In this document: one piece after another, positions 12,801 to 25,300 of the stretch
Layout of the letters: every line of letters begins with the position of its first letter
Position numbering within the stretch: the first letter of the stretch is position 1
Source: Styela clava
Lineage: Eukaryota
Reading direction: 5' to 3'
DNA: 64,000 nt
Assembly: GCF_964204865.1 (NCBI RefSeq)
Contig: NC_135252.1
Location: 13,020,001-13,084,000 of the forward strand
The notes under the pieces: generated by a model
Seen by the model: the letters and a program-made list of their open reading frames with translations, nothing else
The model's database searches: none
What the model was told of the DNA's origin: nothing
Made by a program: the position numbers and the translations under genes

Positions 12801-15800
12801 AGGGTTTCGGTATTCGCAGCCGTTTTTCTCTCTCTTGTTACGTAGGTGAGGGAAGGCATGACGCGTTGCCATTTACTAACCTATTATCAACTTATCTGGC
12901 ATGGCCAATGTTAATTATTAACCTAGTTAAGGGGGAAGAACTGAGTAGGGCCGTTTGACGCCAACACACCTGGTTTCAACTTCTCCCGCAACTTAACCGT
13001 AGATAAGGGATAGCATTGCGTTGAGACCGATCGACGCCAACACACCTGGTTACAACTTCTCTCGCATCTTATCTAGCAGTGCCATGGCCAATGTACATAA
13101 TAACCGTAGATAGGGGGAAGAATTGTGTTAAGACCGATGGACGCTAACAGCTCGGTTTCAACTTCTTCGGGTGAAATGACTAATGAACGCAGGAGATCAA
13201 TCTACCAAACATGGTCTATCAAACATTTGTATCCATTATACTTTTATTTATTATTTACTTGTTCCAGTTTTCCGTTACTTATGGTATATATGTTCCGTTT
13301 CTATTTTATTCTAATTTATATTCACGCGTTTAAATAGTGGGAATTCCCCACCAAGTGTGGATTAGCAATGCTTAACCATTCTTTATTGTTAATATCAACA
13401 CTTAATATATGAACATGGAATATCATACTGTTTTTAGCTGTTTTGTTTCAGACTTGAGGAATAAACAGGAAAATATCCATAACCTTTCAACACGACGATC
13501 TTGTGAAATTTAACGAAGAGCTTTCGCGACGAATTGGAACCAAATAAGCGAAAAGAGCGATTGATCACTCGCGCCAATACCTCGCCGTGATAATTAATGT
13601 CGCGTTTATCAAATAGAAATATGACGACAAAAGAGAGATTGCGTAATGAACCAGCGCAACTTCGTCTTCTCGGCATCGGTAAAGCGATTGAGACGGCAGA
13701 GAAACAGCAAAACGACGGATTCCTCGCGGACCGCTAAAAATTTAACTGCTATCATATATAATCAAATATGAGCCAGTGTGTATATTCCGTGCGAGATCCA
13801 TTTTCTATTACAAAATCTTGATGATCTGTTAACGGTTTTATCGTTATATATCAGTCCGGACTTGGCCTTGCTCATGATGTTTTTCACAATTCCTCGCAAT
13901 ATTTCGGCCATATATGATTAACTGTCTTACCAAATGCGGCAACTTATTTTGATTTATCGTCGACTTGAATACCACCGACACTCGACCAAACTTGTGTCAA
14001 TCTTGGCCGATAGGATCGCCGACTTGAGTTAGCAAATAAATGTCGTGAGTGTAAAATAAATGTCACAAAATGCATTGCTTTGCGATATAACTTTGTATAA
14101 GTTCGGTATTTAAATTATACGCAAATAAATAATATTTGATTTAAATTTATCGCAAATAATGTTATAAACATTCAGTCCGCGAAATGATTAAATGTAAAAT
14201 GAAGCATGGTAATCGGAATATCGTCAATAAGTCGACATCAATAATTATTATTATAAAATGCTAACAAGGCAGTAATGTCGGAAAAACAAGTCTTCGTCGC
14301 GAGGAAATCGCAAGGTTAATCAAACGAGAGAATAAGCTCGTCGTTGGTTAATAAATTAGAAACCCGTAATTTTTATTCAGTACGAGAGTCGATTTTAAAA
14401 AACTATCGTTTCCATAAATATCCGTATACCAGTGTCGGTAATGATAGAATTGATCGCATAAAAATGGGACAGTTAATTTGCGAAGGTGATAAAGGAAAAC
14501 CAAAGCTAACACAAAAGATAAAAATCAGAATGAAATTAGTTTGAATTCACTCCTTGATATTTGTATTTAACATCTGCCGCCGGCGTGTAGTACTGCCAAG
14601 AATATGAAAACCCAACTTCAATGTCCCATTCGGAAAAGAAGTGGATTCAATTGGTTGTTATGATAGGTTTAAATGCGTGGAAAAATATCGCAATTACGGG
14701 GTCATTACGTAATTGATTTTGCCGTAATTACGGAATTGATTTTTGTCAATTACGTGCAAGCCTAGTTGTGTTGTCTCTATTTATATATATTTTCTTGTCT
14801 TATAAACTCCACTGTAAAAAAAGTTTTGCATATCCACTCTTACCACCCTCACAACACCAATCAACCCATCGCCCCACCGTGCACAACTGGTTATATAAGG
14901 CAGGGGTTCTCAAACTTTTTGTGTTGCGGAGCCCTTGAAAAAGTTGACTATTATTCACGGAGCCCCAAAATAAATGTTAAAATTGTTACTTTCCGAATAA
15001 TATTCCTGAGTAAGTCAAAAGTACTGTACTTATTTTAAATGCTTAACCTCTTTTAATAGGGTTAATACAAGTCATAAATGAATCTAAATGTAAAAGATGA
15101 AATATATATACTAAAGCTGTAAACTTGATACTTGACAAACATATTAATAAATTAGGGGTCGGATCTTTTACCTTTAGATATTTTTGAAAGACTTAAAAGG
15201 CCGCTAATAACGTACTCGATTGCATTTTGTTACGATCGCCGATTGTTTTCGTCAGCATGGCGGTGTTTATTCTCCCTAAATCAAAAATTTTCCTCGACAT
15301 ATACATGTATGATGTATTGTTCCACAATGACGACGAGTATTGCTTTTTTGTTCTCGTGGGGAATTATGAGTTCAATGTGAAAAACATGTTACCATATTAT
15401 AGTCACCGGAGACGAAATGCTAAAAATAATAAATAATAAAAGGTAAATCCGCCACTCAAATTTCTTGATTGAAAAGCGGCATACTGAAATATTAAAACTA
15501 AAACTTAAAATGGGAGATAACACTATAAGTTTTGTTTCAGCAGACTCACGTCAGATTAAAAACACGTTCATAGACATTGTGAATCAAAAACTTGGTGTTA
15601 TGTTGGGTTTTCTTTGGTTATTCGTCGTAGTAACTGCGAAACCGAAACACAGTCAATTGTGCGCGCGATGTACCTATTTTTCCATTCTGAAACTACCGAC
15701 GGAGCCGCATGCAATGAAATAAATTTCAATCTTTCGTATTTTGCCCCGACCTCTTGTTTTTTAAACGGCGACATCTTGCTCGTGAGTGCGAAAGAACAAA

Positions 15801-18800
15801 ATCAAGCTTGACAAATCCCAAGATCGCAAAAATACGACTGCAATTTATGTATAGTTGGCAGTTTTTCGCGTATTTTATGTTATTTCAGAATAGTAGTCTT
15901 TCATTTCAGTAATCCTAATAGTAAAATTAGCCAATTCAGTATTTTAAAAAGTAATCGAATAGCTCGCGGAGCCCCTGGGTTTCTCTCACGGAGCCCTGGG
16001 GCTCCGTACGGAGCACTTTGAGAACCTATGATATAAGGGACCATATTATACATATTTAATCTAACGTTTTTTGTTTTATATTTGTCAAAAGGGGTGCATG
16101 CCACACATTTGTGTTTTAGTCCAGTAGGTCTTGTGCATGCATCCCGTCTTAAATAATGATTGGCAATTTATTCATTTCTCACTATTACGAGACGAATAAA
16201 CATACATACACAATTGTCCGTTTAACTGGCGTAGTTTTGCGCACCATTATCGCATTCTATGTTCAAATGCTTCTTCCCGCTTTAAGAACTATTCTACGCC
16301 AAATAATATAATCTGGAATTTGTTAGCAAAGTGGTAATATTTACTGGGGTATATTCAGTTCTTTGCAATGATTAAATAAAAATGATCTTGAGACTTCAAA
16401 GCGGGGACAATATATTATAAAATGTTCGGCGGTCTCGTTTTCCATGCAATGGTCGCAAAGTCCGTTGTCGCGGCAGCTAATCGCAGATGATAGTTTTTTA
16501 ATTGACAGTGGCCTGTTTGTAGTCTGATTAAAATTGTTTCATATCTTCGAGATATTTTGTATGGAATGTGATCTTTACCTGATGGGACGAATAACTTGAA
16601 ATGTTGAGCCTTTTCTTGTGTGATATAAAATTATTCCATTCCATGTCGCACTAATTCACTTTTTCGAAAGTTTGATAACTAATGTGAAAACTATTTTCTC
16701 ACCTTGTTGCATCTTTGGCTAATTTATTTGCTTTTTCGTTGCCAGTATTTCCAATATGTCCTGGGGTCCACACCAAAATCTCTTGTTCTTGTTACAGTGT
16801 ATCGATTGACACCACGAGCTCTTTGTGGGTTGGAGCTTGGTGGATTGGATACTTGGTTGGAGGAATAGGAATCATTTTGTCATCTGTTCCAGTGATGTTC
16901 CTTCCCAAAAAATTACCAAGTACGAATGGTTTAAGGAAAGAAAGAGAGCAAAGAAAGGATGACAGCGAAAGAAGAGGCGAGGAAAAGCATATAGGCAAAC
17001 AGTAAATAATTCGACTTAGTATTGCCTAATTCTTGCTTACCGCATCACGGTAAAGCAACAAAAATCCGATGTAATGCTCATACATCACAATGCCAGAAAC
17101 AAGTTTATGTAAATACCGCAAATATGAGTAATTTTTGATTTTATCCACTTATGGTTATTGTAGATGTTCGGTGTTTTGAGTTTCCGACCGGCTAATTCAT
17201 TAAAATAACCAATCTTGCTAAAACAGAGACTCGCTTATATAACCCCTTGCACATGGAGGTCAATATAATTGGTTGATATAATTTGAAACGGATATCTGAA
17301 CTGAATTCCACATTGTCATAATTGCCAGGAACCCGATAAAGTTATCACTATTTGATTTTTAGCAATTATGTCAAACCTCGTTTTAACTGAAATGACATTT
17401 TGTATAAAATGCTTGTACACTATCAATTAATTTTTCTGATCATAGTGCTCTCAAACTCAAAGCAATAAGAATTCATTTTCGGTTTTAACATGAATCAAAT
17501 GCCCTTAAAATATTTAAAACAGTTCACTTCATATACCAGTGTGCAATGAGTTAATGCAAATTTCTTTTACGCTTTTCTAATATATAGATTGGTGTGGTGA
17601 TGTTTTACAAAATGGCCTACTTATTTCTGCAGACTTTTGGATTTATTCAAAAATGGCGTATTTGTTTCGGTGATGTTGGTTGGTGTCATGCACAAAGCTC
17701 TAATCTTTGGTTTTGCAAATTATTCAATTAAACTGGGAGTTGAATTGCTTGGATTGGAAGAAACTAGAGCAGCTTATTATTTGGGTTTGCTATTCTTGCA
17801 AATACTTCTTAATTGATGTAGTGCTATTAATATTTGATATTTAACAAAATAGTCGAAAAACATGAATGTACTTCACTTCTTTTTTTATTTAGGGGCCCTG
17901 GTTATAGTTGCATCAACGTTGGGTTATGTGATAAGTGGCGGAGTAATAACAAAATTTGACTTAAAATTGGAAGGAATATTAAAGTTTATGTTGGGAACTA
18001 GCTTTGTTTCGTTTTTGTTTGTGTTTGGATTTATGCTGAAATGCCCTGAAAAAGGTAATTATTTCCTGCGCAAAATATCTCAGCCAAATAATTAACGCTT
18101 GAGAGAACTGCTAGGTCGAATTTGTATTAAGCCCTATTTTTATAAATGAATGTATGTATACCTTAGTATTTTTAATCGTTAGAAATGCGAATCAATCACC
18201 TCAAGACTTCAAAATGACTAGATATTGAAGTAAATAAAAATAATGAAATGTAAAATATACCCATGGATATTAACATTATTTTTAATTCCTAATAGCCTTA
18301 AGGCTATTACATATCACACGAAATGGAGCGAACTATTTACCTGTTAGTTTTGCAATTCTTTTAATTATGTTGTGATGTAAGTGGGTATATACAAATAATA
18401 CTCTATTACAAACAGCTTTTTATTTATTCGCTTAAAGCTATTTTAAAGCCTGAATGAAAAGCCGCAGATGCCTCCTAAGACCAAATTTGGAGTTAGTGTT
18501 TACGCAGCGGTTTCATATTATTTTTTATTTGTCAGATGTCTTTCATGATATCCATTTCTTGAATCTTTAGACCATAACTAGCCCTAAAGCTATTAAATGT
18601 TGCTAAGTACAAGATGATAATTAGATTAGCGCCGTGTATATTTTGAGCATTCATTAGGATCTCGATTCCCGAATAGCAGCCAACCACCGCAAGAAGGTCC
18701 TATTGCTCCCCCCTTAACGCCCGCTGTATACGGGTGGGTGACAATTTTGCGTTTTTGTTGCAATATCGTACAGTTGTGAGTTTTCTTTTTTCGTTCATTC

Positions 18801-21239
18801 AAATGTACTTTTTACAGATTTTGCTGGAGCAACAATAGCTGTCGATACCAGCAATGCAAGTAATTATATCAAATCCATTGAATCAAAGTGCAATACAAAA
18901 TGCGGGTGCAGTACAGATAGATTTAATCCGGTTTGCGACGATCTAGGCGTGACTTATTTTTCCCCATGCTATGCAGGGTGCTTAACACAAATGAACGAAA
19001 CGGTAATTAACAGAGTGTTTAATTTTTCCAACTAATTAATGAAATTATCTTCTTCTTTTATAAAAGTTCATTCTTTTAGAATTCGTAAAATTTATCGCAA
19101 AATTATCAATTCTTTGCAGTTTTTCTCAGATTGTCAATGCCTTTCTGGAGGAAATATTACAAGCGTAGTTTCGTCTGAAAAATGTGCTCATGAAATTTGC
19201 CCAAACATGATTACAATGGCATTGATACTGTTCGTTAGTTATTTCAGCGGATTTCTTGCAATTACTCCCATTGTTCAAGCTACCTTGAGATGTGTCAGCT
19301 TCAATCAACGAACGATGGCACTCGGTGTTGAGGTGAGCTTTATTCTAAGCCAGGAGTCGGCAAACTGTGGCCCGCGAACTATTTTTTTGCGGCCCGCGAA
19401 CGACCGTACTTTATTGCATAAAACTTCTATGTCATTTACGTTTAGTTGATGAACGTCCCATTGTTGGTTGTAATGTAAAAATAAGTTCATTTTTTAAGTT
19501 CAAAAATGTCTGGAAAACGGAGGGAAGTTTGCAACGAAAGTCGAACATTCCAAAGTGCTTAGACGGAAAAATATTTTTTTTTGCGCATTTCTAACTGTGA
19601 TATGCATAGTTAGCATCGCAGGTATTATGAGATTTAATGTTAATTGTCATTACAAAACATGTCATTGCGAATATGAAATTCGGGCCGGGGCTGCGCCACT
19701 GCCACTGCTGCTAACGCTTTGGCCATGACACAGAAACAACATTATTCTGCACATAATATTTATAATTATACTATAACGTAACAAGTATATAATTCACAAT
19801 TACTCGTTTAATGATCCTATATTTTAATTATAATTTAGACAAATGACAACAAAACGCAGAAAAGTTGATGTTAAGTGCAAATGGTTTCATGGCGCAAAAA
19901 ATATTCAAATGGTCAGTCTTCGCGCGCTATACGTAATTGACTCACTCGCAGTTTACTCACTTTAAATATATTTAAGAATGAGAGTTTATCGTTCTGATCA
20001 GTTTTCAAGGAAACTATATAAATATAAAGCCTAGTTATTTTGAAATTACTTTCGGAGAAATGTCGATGTATTGTCGGTATCTTTTCTCGCGTTTCGTTTT
20101 ATTGTCGCTTAAAATTATATTCTTTCGTGACGGATATTACTTGAAAACACACCCAGACACTGTGATTTAACGTTGTTGTGGGTAAGGAAATACGTTTCCT
20201 CTCATTTTACTTCGGTCAACTTTTTTCTACACTCATTGTATGATGAATTGATTTCTTGTAGCGTGAGCAGGCCTAGTACTACCGTCAAAAAGTCCGCCTA
20301 AGTTGGGACCTCGAACCCTGATTAAAAAAGAAATGATCGCGCGGCTCTAAGCTCTGCGGTTCGTCACTACTGTCACATTTCCAACACTTGAAAATATAGG
20401 GGTGTTTTGACTAAAAATAAAGGCACAAAACGTCTCTTCGAATGAGTAGTTACCTGCGGCGAGCTCATCTCATCGGCTTAGTCTTGTCTGCCCAAGACAA
20501 TTCATTCTCCTTGTACCGATCACAGAACGACATATAGACACCGTCTTGACGTTCATAAATACAACAATGAAATTCCGTGAATTTAACAAACATCAATCCC
20601 AACATCCGGATCAGAAAAAGAACGACGATTCTCAGTTGGAATGGTTTAAAAATAAATCAAAAGTGCATAAATACAAATATCTGCCAATGGTTTAGTAGTG
20701 TATACGCTATAATTGTGCAGCGGCCCGCAGTTTGGACCACCCTGGTTAAAATAATACAAACAGAATGTATATTTACGCAGAAAATTGCTCAAATACTTCT
20801 CGGAAGATTACTGGGTAGACTGCTGTTTGGCGAAGCTGTTGAAGCAGCTTGTTTGGTTTCAAGCACAGAGTGCGGAGACCGCGGTACTTGTCGATCGTTC
20901 CAGAAATCAAACTTGGCAAGAAATATCACGCTTCTGATGGCTTCGGAACGGGTGAGTAGGCAAAGCATTTGAACGAATATGTCTCTCCGAATATCAAATG
21001 TTAAATATGAGCGTTTACGTAGCATGGTGATTTTGTATTTTCATTACAGTTCAAGTTAATTCAGTATATTTCAAAACTGTTTATCATGTATGTTACGATG
21101 TTTCCTCGTAACCATTTTATCTCAATATTCACAGTTTCTTGCTGTTGTGTTCGTCGCAGTTGCATTACTAATGTTGAAGCGAATTCCGAAGCGAGGCAAG
21201 TATATTGAAGAAAGTAATCGAGTAGATGTGAACTCGTAA
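9835..21239 (+). CDS. Organic anion transporting polypeptide (SLCO/OATP family, closest in feel to OATP4), about 646 aa; exons 9835-9974, 10478-10609, 11093-11362, 11550-11665, 11797-11887, 16798-17001, 17633-17784, 17893-18054, 18818-19002, 19120-19332, 20781-20951, 21135-21239
   Basis: OATP motifs ITTIEKQF, GITYLDENV, WVGAWWIGYL, Kazal-like CNTKCGCSTDRFNPVC..TYFSPCYAGC, LRCV..MALG and CLV..TECG.RGTC. All introns GT-AG and phase-consistent (1941 nt). First and last exons are less certain. Confidence 0.9.
12632..14764. mobile_element. Non-autonomous hAT-type DNA transposon (2.1 kb) in SLCO intron 5
   Basis: 17-bp perfect TIR TAGGCTTGCACGTAATT / AATTACGTGCAAGCCTA; perfect 8-bp TSD GTTGTGTT (12624-12631, 14765-14772); clustered subterminal TTACGG/AATTACG motifs at both ends; no transposase ORF seen. 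Confidence 0.9.
14901..16030. mobile_element. Non-autonomous hAT (Charlie-type) element, 1.1 kb, in SLCO intron 5
   Basis: Ends CAGGGGTTCTCAAA / TTTGAGAACCTATG; perfect 8-bp TSD ATATAAGG; repeated CGGAGCCC subterminal motifs. Confidence 0.9.
19351..20744 (+). mobile_element. Degenerate or composite hAT (Charlie-type) element with transposase N-terminal remnants, in SLCO intron 10
   Basis: Imperfect ends CAGGAGTCGGCAAACTG / CAGTTTGGACCACCCTG with GGCCCGC motifs. Remnants MSGKRREVCNESRTFQSA*TEKYFF..FNVNCHYKTCH (from 19506) and MTTKRRKVDVKCKWFH (from 19843). No matching TSD. Confidence 0.65.
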
Positions 21240-21920
21240 AACTGAATACTATTGAAACTTTGTGGACACTAAATGTACAGAAGATCGCCCACTTAAAACT
21301 TTGATGTTGTTTCTTTTGGGGTGATGTTATTGTTGGGAAAATTTTCTTATCCTTAAAAGTATATTTAACTAATCGTATTAAAATTTTCATTATTTGAAGA
21401 TTGTTGATGTCGTCATAAAGCACTGAAACTATATTTTTTTTTACAAATGTCCTGATTACTAACCCCAAATTTTTCGATTTCGACGAATATTGCACCATGG
21501 GGTATTACGTCTTTCACCAAACGATATTAATGTGGATTGCCAATTCAGCGAGACTTGGTTTGCAATTTTGAATAAAAAACTTTTGAATGGTCATATATCG
21601 TATTTCAGCCATTGGACCTCAGTGTCCATATATTCAAGCATTGGTCTGTTATTTTTATTGATATGGATGAGTTTATACCATATTGAAAATATATTACAAT
21701 TCATTATTATTGTCTAATATTGAAGTGAGATGCCTACATATATGATGTAGTTGCAACCGTTTGTCCATACTTAATTAACACTTGGACAAGTGCTGTTTAT
21801 TATAAAAGTCCGGATTGCAAATTTAACCTTAAAATTTAATCTTTGTTCATACTATTACTATCTTAAGAAGGCAAATATCAATTTTGTATTTAAAATCGGA
21901 CGTTGACGAAGTGAGATATA

Positions 21921-21986
21921 TATGTGGTAATCTTAGCTCTATTAAGTCGGTGTATGTGGTAATCTTAGCTCTATTAAGTCGGTGTA
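21921..21986. repeat. Perfect 32-bp tandem duplication
   Basis: TATGTGGTAATCTTAGCTCTATTAAGTCGGTG repeated twice back to back. Confidence 0.95.
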
Positions 21987-22316
21987 CTAAGCCAGTGGCT
22001 TAGTTTTGGGAGTTTCTGAATTTATGAAGCATAATATGAAAATGTATCATCTCTCAATGCGCATGCTGTGACGAACAAGAATTTTGTTACATCAGTAGAA
22101 AATCTTCATTATCGGGCCAGTCCATAATCATAATTTGTGCATCTCGTCAAAGACACACAAACTTAATGTTTATTTAATCTGGCAGATATGTCAAGAAGCA
22201 ATATAACTCGAACAGAAACAATTTTGATTGTTACTGCAATCAATACACAAATTTTCTTCACCTATTATCTTTCGACAAAATGATATTTTCCCAATCTCGT
22301 GTCAGTTGTATCATCG

Positions 22317-25300
22317 TTAGCGGCACATTTTAATCTTGTACCTGCATATAACAGAATCAGTTAATAAAACACGACGTCAAATTATTCCGTTAGTATATTG
22401 TTAATCAAATATATAAATGCATAGTATTAGCCTTATTTCAAAATATAATGCCTTCTGGTAAAACGGAGTTAAATTTTCTTTGTGATTCCATTTCACGTAA
22501 TAACCATAACTAACCTATCTTGCTTGATGACGTCATCCATATTTTCTGGCAATTTAACGTTGTTTGTTTCTGGTAACACTAAGCTGATGACACTTGCCAG
22601 GACTGTGAAGCATCCCATTATTATGAATGGAATATCTCGTCTAGCACTTTCTCCTGTATTTAAAAACCAATAACTTTGTTATTCACTCATACATAAAGGA
22701 AATTTATCAATAAACAAGGCTACGGCCCAACAACCTATAGCAATCTAATATTGAACTAACCTGCAAATACCATGTAAGGAGCTGAAATTGTTCCAATTCG
22801 TCCGAAGGTAAAGCAAATCCCCATTCCCATATTTCTCATTTGAGTTGGATATAACTCAGCTGCATAAATATATACGACTGAAAATACACCCGAAATACAA
22901 AGTTTTCCAAACATTGCACAAACAGTCATCAGAATTTCGTCAACTGCAGAAAGTAAATTGATATCATGTATTTGACCGTTTTTATTTGTACAAAAAGAAA
23001 GTATTATGATTTTGCCTTAATTTTATAATTTCATAAATTTCGGTATTAAAAATATGATAACCACACAACTTTCCATCATACTACTACTTGTCATATTACT
23101 TTAAATTCCTACTAATTGACGATTCCAATAAACATGTATTTTTAGTACACCCTGTTCATCCTAAAAACATACATTCTTTACGATGGCCGATGGGGACAAT
23201 CTGGATCAATGTAACAAACTTTCCTTTATTTTAATTTCTTTAATGTTCACTTTTATGAATGACAACGAAGTCGTCAGCACGACTTGTAACAGGGTTATCT
23301 GAGCGATATGGAATACTCTGTAAGCCAAAAGAGTTTTAAACGATTATATAACGTATATTTATTTCCTACTATAGATTATTTCATCATATATATTGGTTTT
23401 TATTCATGGATATTCAGACCGGAAGTGTCCAAATGAATCGTTTTGCTAAATCGTTGGGTTAACTGTTTTGTTGAGAAGAAAATCGCCCTTTTGAGCAAGA
23501 ATAGAATACATATATTTTAAAAGCTATTACTTTTATTTTCGTTTTCAAATAAAGTATAAGTCCTTCCCAGTATTTCACACAAAATTTTATTGTTTTATTT
23601 TAATTCATAGGAGCGCCTTTTTTTATTCCATCATTTTGTTTAACAAACTCGATGCATACGTGCGCAACTCATTATCGTGCTATTCATACCGCCGCGAAGT
23701 GAATAACTTCAGATGCTCCTAACTTTCGAAGAATATTTCAAGATGGCAGTTCTTGAAAACAAATTTAGTGTAGCAAACACAAAAATATTAAGTACGTAAT
23801 AAATGTCTCACTAAATACATTTGAAGTCAAATAGAGTTGATATATGTGTAACTGCAGAATTGCACACTTCTCAGATACGATATACATGAAAGCAAATATA
23901 AATGTAATCTGTAATACATGTAAGGAAATGATTACCTTTGAGAAGCAATGATGCCGTTATACAAGATATTCCTGTGAGAACTAAATAAAATGCGAGGGTG
24001 CTTCGTCTCCCAAACTTTTCCATAGAAAAATATATCAGAACGTAAGACGGTATTTCAATTCCAGCTGCAACAAAGCAGTTGATGAATTTGTTTCCTCCCA
24101 AATTTGAAGTTCCCAAGCTGATGCAATAATATGTTAATGCCACAGTCAGCCTGTAAAATAATAATATGATAATAAAATTAGGTACACGTGCAGATCCCCA
24201 ACAAAGTAAAATAATGTGTATATCATTAATGCAGGCTTTTAACATCACAGGTCTTTTATTCTCGGCATACGTTTGTTTTATTGAAATCCATCAGATAATA
24301 CCTTGTACAATCAGAAAGAAAATATTACGACGGAAAATTCTGTTCTACAACTACTAAAGACTTACCAAATAAATGATAAAGCAAAGGTCCGAGTTCTGAT
24401 TGATCTGTGTCTCACGAGATCTAACAGTGTGGGCTTGAAAGTTTCGTTGGTTGCTTCGTCATCGTTTGCAGATACGTTGATCTAACATTTTACATTGTAA
24501 AATAATTTTGATAGAAACATGTTGTCGAGAAAACTGCAGGGCTAATTAATTTTATTTTTAGTGTTCCACGCGTTATAAAATGTTAAACGGTTCCGTAAAT
24601 GTATAATATATGAGAGAAGATTCATTTTTTTAACCGGTTTGACGGAGACCCCCCCCCCCCCCTCCCCAAATAAATTGCCATATTAATCAATACATTTATT
24701 ATTATAAATTCATATAAATTATACATAAAAAACTTTACTTTAGTTAGATCCAACTCGTTTATTTGTTTTCCGTTGATCTGAGCGATTTTCAATATTAGCG
24801 AGTTGGCTTCTGGTTTTCCATTCACAATCAACCAACGAGGGGATTCTGGAATGAACCTGTAAGATTAGGAGGCGTAGAACATGATGTGAATATTTTTTTA
24901 ACTTGGAGTTCAGACAGAACATTAAATTTGGATAAATTCATCTTTCCTCACCAATAATACGGCACAAATAAAATCCCTAATCCTCCAACTACATAGCACA
25001 ACCATCTCCAGTCTGCAATAAACCAGGCGAATATAGGCAGCATCATGTATCCAACAGCGTACGCACCAATTGCAAGGTTTCCAATTAAAGCTCGTTTAGA
25101 ACGATCAACAATTTCGGCACCTATAACAAATTTAGAGAAATAGACATGAAGTAGATAGATAAATAAAACGAATCCTATTTGTGATAAAATTTCAGGCTTA
25201 CAGTATACGAGTATACTAAATAAGTTACTAAATATGAGTAAGTTTTTCCAGCCTATATCGCGGGAATAGTTACTCATTTATATCTGTTACTGATTGTTTT

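Noticed and set aside
21061-21498. 145-aa minus-strand ORF
   Set aside because: Overlaps the last SLCO exon and 3' UTR in antisense; no recognisable motif.
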